64,000 nt of DNA from an uncultured Acidobacteriota bacterium. Its GTDB lineage: Bacteria; Acidobacteriota; JAQAZP01. A program made the position numbers and the translations under genes. The stretch is taken from the NCBI GenBank assembly GCA_963836075.1, contig CAWIIB010000001.1, forward strand, positions 2,208,001 through 2,272,000. The letters run 5' to 3'. Positions within the stretch are counted from its first letter, which is position 1, and each line of letters begins with the position of its first letter. A model generated the notes under the pieces. It did no database searches, was not told the DNA's origin, and saw only the letters and a program-made list of their open reading frames with translations. Of the stretch, positions 9,635 through 19,588 are shown piece by piece.

Positions 9635-10735
9635 ATGATCCACATCTTCATCGGCACCAAGGCCCAGTACATCAAAACCGCCCCCCTGATCAGGCGGCTG
9701 GGCCAGCAGGGAATCGTATACCGGCTGATCGACTCGGGCCAGCACGCCTCGTTGACCATGGCGCTGCGCCGGGAACTGGGCGTGCGCGAACCAGATGTCT
9801 GCCTGCGCCGGGGGGACGACATCGCCTCGCTCCCCCGGGCCGCCATCTGGATGACAAAGGTCATGCTCTCCGGCGCCTTCCGTCCGGGGAAGATGGCCCG
9901 GCAGGTCTTTGACGGCCAGGGCGGCGTCTGCGTGATCCACGGCGACACGCCCACCACTCTGCTCTCCGTCTTCCTCGCCCGGCGGGCCGGGATCCCGCTG
10001 GCCCACCTGGAAGCCGGTCTGCGCTCGTTCAACTACTGGAACCCGTTTCCCGAGGAACTGATCCGGGTGGTGGCGATGAAGCGGGCCGCATTGCTCTTTG
10101 CCCCCTCGGCAACGGCCCTGGCCAACCTGGAGCGGATGAACCTCCGGGGCGAGAAACATGACAGCGGCGTGAACACCAACCTCGAAGCTCTGAAATACTC
10201 CCGGTCGCAGATCCAGACCCCGCCACCCGGCCTGGAGAACTATGCCCTCTTTGTCATCCACCGGGTGGAGACGCTGCACAACAAAAAACGGATGGCAGTG
10301 ATCATCGACCTGGTCCACCGCCTGGCCAAAGAGAAACAGCTTCTCTTCGTCCTCCACCCGCCCACCGAACTGATCCTGAAGAAGCGCGGCGACCACCAGC
10401 GCCTGGAAGAGCAGGGCAACATCACCCTGCGGCCGCTGCTGCCCCACGCCGAGTTCATCAACCTGCTGGACCACGCCGACTTCGTGGTCACCGACGGCGG
10501 CAGCATCCAGGAGGAGTGTTTTTACCTTGGCAAGCCCTGCCTGCTGATGCGCAAGAAGACCGAGCGGAACGAGGGGATCGGGGAGAACGCCCTGCTCTCG
10601 GAGTTCCAACAAGAGCGGATCGACCATTTCGTGAATCACTGGCAGGATTACAGGCGTGAACCGTCCATCGGTGGGGCTGCCCCGCTCGATATGATCATCG
10701 AGCGGATCGTGGCCTGTGACGAAGAAGGACGATGA
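9635..10735 (+). CDS. wecB: UDP-N-acetylglucosamine 2-epimerase family protein
   Basis: FIGTKAQYIK, GQH, HGDT, AHLEAGLRS, PFPEE, TDGGSIQEE and LLMRKKTER. Confidence 0.85.
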   Translation: MIHIFIGTKAQYIKTAPLIRRLGQQGIVYRLIDSGQHASLTMALRRELGVREPDVCLRRGDDIASLPRAAIWMTKVMLSGAFRPGKMARQVFDGQGGVCVIHGDTPTTLLSVFLARRAGIPLAHLEAGLRSFNYWNPFPEELIRVVAMKRAALLFAPSATALANLERMNLRGEKHDSGVNTNLEALKYSRSQIQTPPPGLENYALFVIHRVETLHNKKRMAVIIDLVHRLAKEKQLLFVLHPPTELILKKRGDHQRLEEQGNITLRPLLPHAEFINLLDHADFVVTDGGSIQEECFYLGKPCLLMRKKTERNEGIGENALLSEFQQERIDHFVNHWQDYRREPSIGGAAPLDMIIERIVACDEEGR

Positions 10736-11631
10736 ACCACACCATCTCCATCATCGTGGTGACCTTCAACGACCGGGAGAAGTTGCTGTGCTGCCTCGCC
10801 TCTCTCGAGAACCAGACCTGGCCCCGGGAGCAGCGGGAGATCATCGTGGTGGACGACGGCAGCACAGATGGCACCGCAGAGACCGTAAGGCACGAGTTCC
10901 CCCACGCCATCCTGGTGGCCAAGGAGAACAGCGGCCCGGACAACTCACGGAACTACGGTATCGATAAAGCCACCGGTGACATCATCACCTTCATCGACGC
11001 CGACTGCACGGCGCCCTCAAAGTGGCTGGAATCGATTGCGACCGCACTGGACCAAACCCAAAACCCGGTGATCGGCGGACGGATCCTGCACCCCGGCGGC
11101 TTCTGGGCCCGGATGATCGGCCTCTCTGATTTTGGCGAGTTCCAGGGGCTCCAGCCAAAAGAGGTGAGCAACATCCCCACCTGCAACATGGGCGCCCGCC
11201 ATGAGCTGTTTCAGCAGTTCCGCTTTGACGAGAAGGCACGCATCGGCGGAGACGTGCTCTTTGCCCACCAGCTGAAGCAGAGCGGCATCCGCCTGCTCTA
11301 CGACCCGCGGGTCATGGTCCACCACCACCCGGAGGCCAACCGCAAAGCATTCTTCCAGCGGGCCCGGCGCTACGGAGCCGGGTTCGTCCAGATCCGCAAA
11401 CAGGAAGCAAAACTGCACTTCGGTGCGCTGGTGCAGTACGGGATCCCCGGGGTGATCGTCGCCACCCTGGGCCGCACCCTGCTGGACTGGGGTCGGCTTC
11501 TCCGCCACGGCCAGGCCGCCGGTGTGCGCTGGTATGAATACCCCGCTGCCGCAGTCATAATGCCGCTGAAAAGGCTGGTCTCGCTGGGGGCGGCGGTGGG
11601 GGCCTCGCGGAATGAATTGAGAGGAGTGTAA
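10732..11631 (+). CDS. Glycosyltransferase family 2
   Basis: ISIIVVTFN, IIVVDDGSTDGT, RNYG and FIDAD; ATGA overlap with the epimerase. Confidence 0.92.
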   Translation: MNHTISIIVVTFNDREKLLCCLASLENQTWPREQREIIVVDDGSTDGTAETVRHEFPHAILVAKENSGPDNSRNYGIDKATGDIITFIDADCTAPSKWLESIATALDQTQNPVIGGRILHPGGFWARMIGLSDFGEFQGLQPKEVSNIPTCNMGARHELFQQFRFDEKARIGGDVLFAHQLKQSGIRLLYDPRVMVHHHPEANRKAFFQRARRYGAGFVQIRKQEAKLHFGALVQYGIPGVIVATLGRTLLDWGRLLRHGQAAGVRWYEYPAAAVIMPLKRLVSLGAAVGASRNELRGV

Positions 11632-11740
11632 AGGACCAAAGGATCCGGATGAGGGGCCACATCATTTTTCGATATAATCAATGAATATAGATCTCATATT
11701 GATGTAGTTCAATTCTCACTTCGCGACGAAAGTTCAGATT

Positions 11741-11764
11741 GGTTCGAGTCCGGCCCGGCTCCCC
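11741..11764 (+). other. tRNA 3'-end fragment (candidate att-site scar)
   Basis: GGTTCGAGTCCGGC-CCGGCTC-CCC matches a T-loop, T-stem 3' strand and acceptor 3' strand; the 5' part of a tRNA is absent. Confidence 0.5.
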
Positions 11765-11891
11765 GGGCCCAGCAGAAGGTAGAACTTTTCGGGAGGTGTT
11801 CACCTTTCCCCGTTCCTGCTGAGATACAAGGCCAACGTTTCCCATCAAGACCGGAAAGACTTGCACTTGTGGGCGAGCCGTGAGAGCGAAA

Positions 11892-11925
11892 GGCGGGAGG
11901 GGAGTCAATACGACCCCCTCCCGTT
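11892..11925 (-). terminator. Rho-independent terminator of the 636-aa surface protein gene
   Basis: gcgggaggggagtc/gaccccctcccgt hairpin just beyond the stop at 11940, followed by TTT on the minus strand. Confidence 0.65.
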
Positions 11926-11939
11926 GCCATGTTAGCTGA

Positions 11940-13829
11940 TTATGGCGTCATCGCCGTTACAGTAACCGTGCAGGTGTCCGTATCGCCCGCCGGCGGATAG
12001 GGCGGCTGGTTGTACGGAGGCGGCGTCACGTCCTCGGCGTAAAGCACAAAGACATTTGCCCCGACCAGGCTCCCGAGCGCCGGTAGCGTCTGCTGCCAGG
12101 AAGTGACGAACATTTCGTTCGGACCAAGGTTGGTGTATCCCGCCCGCCAGCTCTGGTAGGTCGCACCGCCGGCCAGGGTCAGGTCGATCCGGCCGGCGAT
12201 CGTCCGGTCGTAGGCCACGGCGTTACCCAGCGTCACACTGAACTGAGCGGCGAAGGGAAGGAGACCCGAATCGGGAACGCAGCCGAGATCTGCAGTGACC
12301 GTATCGACGAGGGTGTAGTGATAGCCCATGTCCAACCGGTCCTCATCGAAAAAGCAGTCGGTGCGGGTCGTCCCGGCGATCATTGGGCTGAACGGATGAC
12401 CCGCGTCCACGCAGTCGTTGACAACCCCCGGCTGGCAAGGGTCTTGGCACAGGTGGTAGTCGCCGAAGTCTGGATCGAAGAACAGCGGATCTGTATCGAT
12501 CATCCCGCCGCCCCAGTCGAGGGCGCTGCCGGGTTCCTTGTACACCGATGCCTGTCCGCCTTCCACATCGGAATAGCTGATGGTGAGGGAGTCTGTAGAA
12601 CCAATATAGCCCGCACTTCCCGTGGGTGCATCATTGTCCCAGAGGATGTTATTCATCAGAGTGGCGCTAGACCCACCAACGACCGCAATCCCTCCGCCAT
12701 TTTGGGTGGCACTGTTGCCGTAAACTGTCATGTTCCTGAGGGAAGCTGTGCAACCTGTCATGCACAAGATCCCACCTCCCTGAGCGCCTCCTCCATTGCT
12801 CAAGTTGTCGATAACGAGATTGTTAAGCATTTCCATCGTGCAAGATAACCAAAGGGTGATACCGCCACCGCCGAGATCCGCTTCGTTCTCGCAGATTATG
12901 TTGTTTGCGATGGTTCCTGTGCAATTTCTGAATGCGTAGACTCCCCCACCTCTATATCCCGCATAGTTCCCTTCAATGACATTGCCTGTGATCGTCATAG
13001 TGAGTTCGGTTCCCGATCCTCCATCGCCGGCAACGCCACCGCCCCAGTCCGCCGCGACATTCCCAGTGATCGTGCAGTGGCGTATAGTCAGGTGTCCCCC
13101 CCAGACACCACCCATCCCGCCGCCAAAGCTGCCGGAATAATTCCCGCTGATCGTGCAATACTCGACTGTAGTCGTGGAATCCTGGAGTTCGAATCCGCCA
13201 GTCGACACTTCGGCGACGTTGTCGATGATTTCGCAGTCTCTGATGACGAGGTTGGAGATATAGGCAAAACCGGCCCCGCCGTCATATGCATTGTTCCCGT
13301 TAAAGATGGAATCGGTGATTTCCGTGTTCGACGCATAATAAAAGATTCCGCCGCCATGCCAGTTGGTAGAATTCTCCCTGAAGGTGCAGTGGCTTATCTC
13401 CGGGCTGGAGTTGTAACAGAGGGCTCCTCCCCCCCAGCCATCCGGATCATTGTTTTCTGTTCCGACGGCCCGGCCGTACTCGATGATGCACCAGGTGAGA
13501 TGACTGGTGTCCGGCGCATCGATGAAACGGATACTGTGCCAGCCTTCGACGGTGTTCGCGGCGGTGAAGAGGATGGGGGAGGCTTCCGTCCCCACAGCCT
13601 CCAAGTAGCCGTTGACGATTAGTTTGTAGTGGCCTTGGAAGACCACCTCCACATCTTCGTTGATTTGCAGAGTCTCACCGGCCGGCACAGTGATCTCGCC
13701 ATTGATGTTGTACGGATTCCCCGATGAATACCAATCGCCCGAGACGTCACCAGGGCCGATCTCGGTGGCGCCAACCAAAGGGGTTACCAGGCAAATGATA
13801 AGAGAGAAGACAATGACCAGTGATTTCAT
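11940..13829 (-). CDS. Secreted right-handed beta-helix (Pmp/GGAI-type repeats) protein with the conserved 120-aa C-terminal domain (copy 1)
   Basis: Signal MKSLVIVFSLIICLVTPLVGA; repeated NxAxxxGGG[IV]; cap DPLF...DYHL...DMGYHY; C-terminal domain at 11940..12299. Confidence 0.88.
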   Translation of the reverse strand: MKSLVIVFSLIICLVTPLVGATEIGPGDVSGDWYSSGNPYNINGEITVPAGETLQINEDVEVVFQGHYKLIVNGYLEAVGTEASPILFTAANTVEGWHSIRFIDAPDTSHLTWCIIEYGRAVGTENNDPDGWGGGALCYNSSPEISHCTFRENSTNWHGGGIFYYASNTEITDSIFNGNNAYDGGAGFAYISNLVIRDCEIIDNVAEVSTGGFELQDSTTTVEYCTISGNYSGSFGGGMGGVWGGHLTIRHCTITGNVAADWGGGVAGDGGSGTELTMTITGNVIEGNYAGYRGGGVYAFRNCTGTIANNIICENEADLGGGGITLWLSCTMEMLNNLVIDNLSNGGGAQGGGILCMTGCTASLRNMTVYGNSATQNGGGIAVVGGSSATLMNNILWDNDAPTGSAGYIGSTDSLTISYSDVEGGQASVYKEPGSALDWGGGMIDTDPLFFDPDFGDYHLCQDPCQPGVVNDCVDAGHPFSPMIAGTTRTDCFFDEDRLDMGYHYTLVDTVTADLGCVPDSGLLPFAAQFSVTLGNAVAYDRTIAGRIDLTLAGGATYQSWRAGYTNLGPNEMFVTSWQQTLPALGSLVGANVFVLYAEDVTPPPYNQPPYPPAGDTDTCTVTVTAMTP

Positions 13830-13913
13830 GACAACTTCCTCCATAAACACCCAAAGGGATTGCCGGGGGAAAAGTCAACTTGCCTTAAGACTAGAACCAT
13901 CTCCATGTATCGC

Positions 13914-16049
13914 TTAAAATCGCCCACCCGCTACGTTGGCCCCGTGAGTCATGCCGGGGAAAGCCTCCAGCGAGAACCAGGGATCCTCCCGACTGATTTG
14001 TGATCCATCATAATGGTAAACCCTGACCAGGGTGCCAACTGCCGGGTCGGGACCGGCGCCCACCACGATCTCACTCCGGCCATCGCCGTTCAGGTCAGCG
14101 CCGGCAAAGACATTCGCTCCGAAGCGAACTTCTTCCGACGACCAGGCGAAGAAACTGATGCTGGTCATCGGAGTCACCGCCGAACCATCACAGTTCCAGC
14201 CCCTGACGTGGGCCCCAAATAAGAAGGAGGGCCCGGGTCCCGTGACGATCTCGTCGATCCCGTCTCCATCCACGTCTCCGCAAGTCACATTGCCCCCCAT
14301 ACGGTTAGTGCCGTATGCAAGAAAATTAACCACGGGCATGGCCGTCGCCGATCCCCCGTCCACGTTCCATCCCCTGACATGAGGTCCATAGACCGCACCG
14401 GGTCCCGGGCCAGTGACAATCTCATCAAAGCCATCGCCGTCGATGTCGCCGCAGGATACATTCACGCCCCACTTGGGCGTACCGTAGGCGAAGAAGTTCA
14501 CACCCGGGATGGCGGTCACCGTGCCAGTAGTGTCATAGTCCCAACCACGGACGTGTGGGCCAAAGACTGCACCCGGGCCGGCGCCAGTGATTATTTCATC
14601 GGTTCCATCCCCGTCAAGGTCACCCGCGGCCACGTTGACGCCGTATTTGTTGGTCCCGTAAGCGAGGAAGCTGAGGCCGGACAGCGGGGTGCCGTTGACG
14701 GCGAACCCCCGCACGTGGGGGCCGTAGATTTCCCCAGGGCCCGCGCCGGTCAGAATTTCATCCCGGAGGTCTCCGTCTACATCGCCGCAACTCACGTTGA
14801 CACCGTAATGCATCGGACCGTATGCATTGAACTCGTATTCATGCACGGCGTCCTGTTCGGGTGTAAACACTCCTACGATCGGAGGATTAGTGTAAGCAGG
14901 GCCGGGTCCAACCACCAGGCGTTCCAATCCCGGGTAGTGAAATCCCATGTCCACCACCCCGCTGTCCAGAACTTGATCGGTACGGGTTGTTCCCCAGATC
15001 ATCTCGCTTGCCGGATCACCAGCTTCCACACAGGGGTTATCCACGCCTGGCTGACAGGGAGCCTGACTAAGGTAGTAACCACCACTTGGACCTTCAATGA
15101 GGAGCGGATCGGTGTTTAAGTTTCCCATCCCCGACCAGCCTCCCTGGACATCGGAATAGGTGACTCTAAATTCCCCCAACCCATAGCGGTTGATACCCGG
15201 AGAATGGGATGCCTGGTTCCCCCAAATAATTGCGTTGATGATGGTCGCGGAATGATTCGGGCTATCACTGGTATAACTTAATCCACCTGCAAAATCGGCT
15301 GTGTTTCCAACGATCGTGCAATTCGTAATTGACACTGAAAGCCTCGGCCAGCCCGTACCAGTATGGGCACAACGTATCCCCCCCCCTGTCAATCCTGAAT
15401 TATCGGAAATGTTGCAGTTCGTGATAGTAAGGTGACTGTAATTAGAGATGTAGATGCCACCACCTTCACCTTGTGAAATGTTGCCCGTGATGGTGCAATT
15501 GGTGATCATCGTGGGGTCTAGTCCCCAATCGCCGAAAATACCACCGCCGATGAGGCCCGTGTTCCCAGAAATCGTACAATTATTGATTGTCGGGAAACCG
15601 CCAGCTAAAAAAATTCCTCCCCCCCCCCAATCGCTAGCTGTATTCCCAATAATCTTGTTGTTGTAAAGCGTCGGGCTGGAATGGCATTTTATGCCACCAC
15701 CTTCATTGGCATATCCGTTTCGGACGGTAAACCCTATAAGAACTGAATCCGGGCCTTCACCATTGTGAATAAAGAACCCGCGATGAGGGTCTGTCTCGCT
15801 CCCCTCACAATCGATGATGCAGTTCTCGGCTCCGTTCTCCGACCTGACCGTGATCGCCTTACCAAGGAAATCGATGTCACGGTTTCCCTCACCGATATAC
15901 GTGCCATCAGCCACCAGCACAGTGTCACCGTCCATCGCTGCATCGATACCTGCCTGGATGGTCGGCTGGTCACCGGGGACGTGGATCGTGTCGGCGAGAC
16001 CGATTAGCGGAAACAGTATGATGCCGAGAACAAATATGGTTCGTTTCAT
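13914..16049 (-). CDS. Secreted beta-helix protein with a C-terminal FG-GAP repeat module
   Basis: Signal peptide; TIHVPGDQPTIQAGIDAA..GDTVLVADGTY; GGGI repeats; after DMGFHY five GD[VLI]DGDGxDEI[VL]TG repeats, ending GANVAGGRF*. Confidence 0.88.
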   Translation of the reverse strand: MKRTIFVLGIILFPLIGLADTIHVPGDQPTIQAGIDAAMDGDTVLVADGTYIGEGNRDIDFLGKAITVRSENGAENCIIDCEGSETDPHRGFFIHNGEGPDSVLIGFTVRNGYANEGGGIKCHSSPTLYNNKIIGNTASDWGGGGIFLAGGFPTINNCTISGNTGLIGGGIFGDWGLDPTMITNCTITGNISQGEGGGIYISNYSHLTITNCNISDNSGLTGGGIRCAHTGTGWPRLSVSITNCTIVGNTADFAGGLSYTSDSPNHSATIINAIIWGNQASHSPGINRYGLGEFRVTYSDVQGGWSGMGNLNTDPLLIEGPSGGYYLSQAPCQPGVDNPCVEAGDPASEMIWGTTRTDQVLDSGVVDMGFHYPGLERLVVGPGPAYTNPPIVGVFTPEQDAVHEYEFNAYGPMHYGVNVSCGDVDGDLRDEILTGAGPGEIYGPHVRGFAVNGTPLSGLSFLAYGTNKYGVNVAAGDLDGDGTDEIITGAGPGAVFGPHVRGWDYDTTGTVTAIPGVNFFAYGTPKWGVNVSCGDIDGDGFDEIVTGPGPGAVYGPHVRGWNVDGGSATAMPVVNFLAYGTNRMGGNVTCGDVDGDGIDEIVTGPGPSFLFGAHVRGWNCDGSAVTPMTSISFFAWSSEEVRFGANVFAGADLNGDGRSEIVVGAGPDPAVGTLVRVYHYDGSQISREDPWFSLEAFPGMTHGANVAGGRF

Positions 16050-16283
16050 GACCCACCTCCAATTCTTTAGTTGATAGGGCTGAAGTATCGTGTATTGCGA
16101 ATGCTATGATCTGCTCCACGCTGTTTTTCCCCCTACACTTAGCCCTACGCATTACCCACTGAAAACCTGCAACGAAAGAAAAACGTATTGAACATTGGGT
16201 AATATAGTGGATAATGGGTGGGAAGAAGTGCAGGAATCTGAGCAGGTTACGAATAAGGCACCCTGCAGGGCGACGGAGGAGTC

Positions 16284-16871
16284 ATGACCGATTCTGGCCG
16301 ATCCAACGTTACTGAAATCCTTCATTCTCTCCGGGGGGATGATGCGGACCAGCACGAGTGCAACCAGCGACTCTTCGATCACGTCTACAACGAACTGCAC
16401 CGGATCGCCGGGAGCTTGATGAGCCGGCAGCGTGCGGATCACACCTTGCAGTCAACAGAACTTGTTCACGAGGCCTTTCTTCGACTCGTTGACCAGAGCC
16501 AGGCCGACTGGCAAAGCCGAGTACACTTCTATCGAACCGCTTCACTCGCCATGCGACAAATTCTCGTTGACCACGAGCGCCGCCGCGTTGCCGCCAAGCG
16601 CGGGAGTGGCGGTGTAAAGATCACCTTTGACGAGCAATTGGGAATCGGCGCGAACGAGGCAGTCGATATCTTGCCGCTGGATGAACTGCTGACTCGGCTT
16701 GCTGAGATGGACGAACGAATGGCCCAGGTAGTGGAGTTTCGTGTTTTTTCCGGGATGACCGTCAAAGAAGCGGCGTTCGCACTCGGTGTTTCCGAGCGGA
16801 CGGTCCACGATGACTGGCGGGTGGCCAAGATGTGGCTAACCCACGAACTGTCGGGAGGGTCTGGCTCGTGA
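16284..16871 (+). CDS. ECF-type sigma factor, kinase-associated (TIGR02999-like)
   Basis: VYNELHRIA, HTLQSTELVHEAFLRL, AMRQILVDHERRR..AKRG and VSERTVHDDWRVAKMWL. Confidence 0.92.
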   Translation: MTDSGRSNVTEILHSLRGDDADQHECNQRLFDHVYNELHRIAGSLMSRQRADHTLQSTELVHEAFLRLVDQSQADWQSRVHFYRTASLAMRQILVDHERRRVAAKRGSGGVKITFDEQLGIGANEAVDILPLDELLTRLAEMDERMAQVVEFRVFSGMTVKEAAFALGVSERTVHDDWRVAKMWLTHELSGGSGS

Positions 16872-19570
16872 AACCCGAACGCTTCGCCAGGTTGAAAGGA
16901 CTCCTGCTCCATGCTGTCGATCTATCGGAGAAGGAGCGGGAGGCATACCTGGATCAGGCCTGCGGTGATGATCCCGAACTGCGTCGTGAAGCCGAAGTTA
17001 TCCTTGCTCGCGGCGCAAAACCCTCCGCGCTTTTCCAGAAAGCGAGCGACATACCGGAGATGGATGCTGAGCCCGGAGGCGCAGCACTAACCATTCAGAC
17101 CCTCCCGGCGGAAATCGGCGGATACCGGATCCTGCGCAAGCTTGGGGAAGGCGGCATGGGTGTGGTCTACGAGGCCGAGCAGCAGAGCCCCCAACGCCGC
17201 GTGGCGCTCAAGGTGGTTCGTGGCGGGACCTTCCTGGACGAGCACCGGGTGAGGCTTTTCCAGCGAGAGATCCAGGCCCTTGCCCGACTTAAGCACCCTG
17301 GGATTGCCAACATCCATGAATCGGGCCGCACCGAGAGCGGAGAGCACTTCTTTGCCATGGAACTGGTGAGCGGAGAGCCACTTGATACATACCTGGCAAA
17401 CAATCCAATCCCTGCCGATCAGGCCAGGTCAGCAATCCGCACCCGGCTCGAACTTTTCCGCCAGATCTGCCACTGCGTCAGTTATGCCCACCAGCGGGGC
17501 GTGATACACCGCGACCTGAAGCCCTCGAACATATTTGTGGTGAGCGAAGAACAACTCCAGCAAGGTGGCTCCATAGGATCCGCGGTGCAGGTAAAGATAC
17601 TCGACTTCGGGCTGGCCCGGATCACCGACGCCGACGTGTCGATGACCACGATGCTGACCGAGGTGGGGAAGATCCAGGGCACGTTAGCCTACATGAGCCC
17701 CGAGCAGGCGCGGGGCAACCCGGACGAGATCGACGTACGGAGCGATGTCTATTCTCTCGGGGTGATCCTCTTCGAGATGCTCACCGGGGAGCTGCCCTAC
17801 GACGTGCGTCGGACAATGGTCCACGAAGCAGTGCGGGTGATCCTGAAGGAGTCGCCGAGAAAGCCCAGCACAATCAGCCGAATGCTGCGTGGGGATGTGG
17901 AGACAGTCGTCCTCAAAGCATTGGAGAAAGACCCTCTACGACGGTACCAGAGCGTTGCGTCGCTGGGGGAGGATGTGGAACGGTATCTCGCCCACCAGCC
18001 GATAGTTGCACGTCCTCCGAGCACTGCATACCAGCTCAGAAAACTGATCACCAGGCACAGAAGATTGTTCGGGGCCCTGGCCGTGATGTTTGTCTTGCTT
18101 GCCGGCGGTCTGGTGACCAGCACGCTGATGTATCTGAAGTCGGAGAATGCCCGAGCGGAAGCCGTGGCAGTAACTGATTTCCTGAAGGACACCTTGATGG
18201 CTGTCGCTCCCGTCCGGGCCCGGGGGCACGAAGTGACGGTGCGGGAGCAGTTGGACAACGCTTCTCAAAAAATCGACGAGGCGTTTCCAGGGCAGCCGAG
18301 AGTCGAGGCAACGCTACGATTTACAATAGCGGATACCTATTCTGTATTGGGTGAATACGCTTCTGCGGAACTACATCTGGAAAAAGCGCTTGAGATTCGG
18401 AATCGTGAACTGGGCGAAGGGCACCCGGATACGCTGGAAGTGACAACCATATTGGGTTGGATTTACTACTTCCAGGGCCGTTACGCGGAAAGGGAGCCGT
18501 TGTTTACACAAGCGCTGGAGATTAGCCGCCACGAGCTTGGTGAGGAACACCAGGTGACGATCGGATTGATGATCCTCCTGGGGGCACGATACGAAAAACA
18601 GTGCCGGTATGATGAAGCCGAACCGCTTTTCGCGAACGCCTTCGAAATCTGTCGGCGAGAGTTCGGCGATGACCACTCGCGCACCCTGGAAGCGATGACC
18701 GCTCTGGGGTTGGCCTACCAGAGACAATACAAGTTCAAAGAGGCCGAAAGTCTCTATTCCAACGCTTACGAGTTGCTGAGCAGAGTCCGGGGGGAGGAGG
18801 ACCAAATCACACTCATCACGATGATCAATCTGGCCTATCTTTACGGGCAGATGGAACGTTTCGACGAGGGAGAGCAGTTGTTCGGTCAAATCCTTGAGAT
18901 CGAGCGTCGAGCATTGGGTGAAGATCACTTACTCTTGTATGAGACTTTGGATGGTCTGGGGACCCTTAAATACATTCAGAAATCCTATTCTGAATCCGAA
19001 CAGTATTTTCTTGAAGCACAGCAAGGATACCTTCGGCTCATGGGCGAGGAACACCCGAGTGCTCTGCGCAACCGGACCAACCTGGTCAGGCTCCGTATTG
19101 CACAAAAGTCGTATGACGAGGCTGAGCCACTGTGCTTGCATGTTCTGGATACCGAACGCCGTGTATTGGGTGAGGATCACCTGGAAACACTCTGGAACAC
19201 GCAGGCATTGGGGGTGATTTATCGGGAACAGGGATTTTATGAAAAGGCCGAACCGCTGTTTATCACTGCCGTGGAAGGAGCCAGGCGGGTGTTGCCCGAT
19301 AGAAACTGGCGCATCGGCCATTATCTCCTCGAACAGGGCCGCTGTCGATTAGCCCTGAAGCGCTATGCCGAAGCTGAGGCCGGGCTGCTCGAAGCATATG
19401 AGATTCTCATCGCCGCGCCAGAATCGGAGCGTAAACGCGCCATGGGGGCAGTCGAAGCCCTCATCGAGCTTTACGACGCCTGGGGCAAGCCGGAGAAGGC
19501 CACCGAGTGGCGGGCGAAGCTGCCTGAGCCTGAGCCAGCGACGGAACAATCAGCGGGCGATTCAGAATAA
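16868..19570 (+). CDS. Hanks-type Ser/Thr protein kinase with TM helix and TPR C-terminus
   Basis: GTG overlaps the sigma stop (GTGA); ACGDDPELRRE leader; LGEGGMGVVY, VALK, HRDLKPSN, DFG, YMSPEQ; one TM; many TPRs. Confidence 0.95.
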   Translation: MKPERFARLKGLLLHAVDLSEKEREAYLDQACGDDPELRREAEVILARGAKPSALFQKASDIPEMDAEPGGAALTIQTLPAEIGGYRILRKLGEGGMGVVYEAEQQSPQRRVALKVVRGGTFLDEHRVRLFQREIQALARLKHPGIANIHESGRTESGEHFFAMELVSGEPLDTYLANNPIPADQARSAIRTRLELFRQICHCVSYAHQRGVIHRDLKPSNIFVVSEEQLQQGGSIGSAVQVKILDFGLARITDADVSMTTMLTEVGKIQGTLAYMSPEQARGNPDEIDVRSDVYSLGVILFEMLTGELPYDVRRTMVHEAVRVILKESPRKPSTISRMLRGDVETVVLKALEKDPLRRYQSVASLGEDVERYLAHQPIVARPPSTAYQLRKLITRHRRLFGALAVMFVLLAGGLVTSTLMYLKSENARAEAVAVTDFLKDTLMAVAPVRARGHEVTVREQLDNASQKIDEAFPGQPRVEATLRFTIADTYSVLGEYASAELHLEKALEIRNRELGEGHPDTLEVTTILGWIYYFQGRYAEREPLFTQALEISRHELGEEHQVTIGLMILLGARYEKQCRYDEAEPLFANAFEICRREFGDDHSRTLEAMTALGLAYQRQYKFKEAESLYSNAYELLSRVRGEEDQITLITMINLAYLYGQMERFDEGEQLFGQILEIERRALGEDHLLLYETLDGLGTLKYIQKSYSESEQYFLEAQQGYLRLMGEEHPSALRNRTNLVRLRIAQKSYDEAEPLCLHVLDTERRVLGEDHLETLWNTQALGVIYREQGFYEKAEPLFITAVEGARRVLPDRNWRIGHYLLEQGRCRLALKRYAEAEAGLLEAYEILIAAPESERKRAMGAVEALIELYDAWGKPEKATEWRAKLPEPEPATEQSAGDSE

Positions 19571-19588
19571 CCGTTGACTTACCTCAAA

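Noticed and set aside
11690-11770. Complete tRNA gene
   Set aside because: No D-arm, anticodon arm or matching 5' acceptor/T-stem strand; only a 3' fragment is present.
11940-12299. Calling the 120-aa domain a T9SS CTD, dockerin, PEP-CTERM or autotransporter barrel
   Set aside because: Its length and motifs do not match; it has no TM/basic tail, Ca-loops or terminal aromatic beta-signal. Only a database search can exclude other named families.
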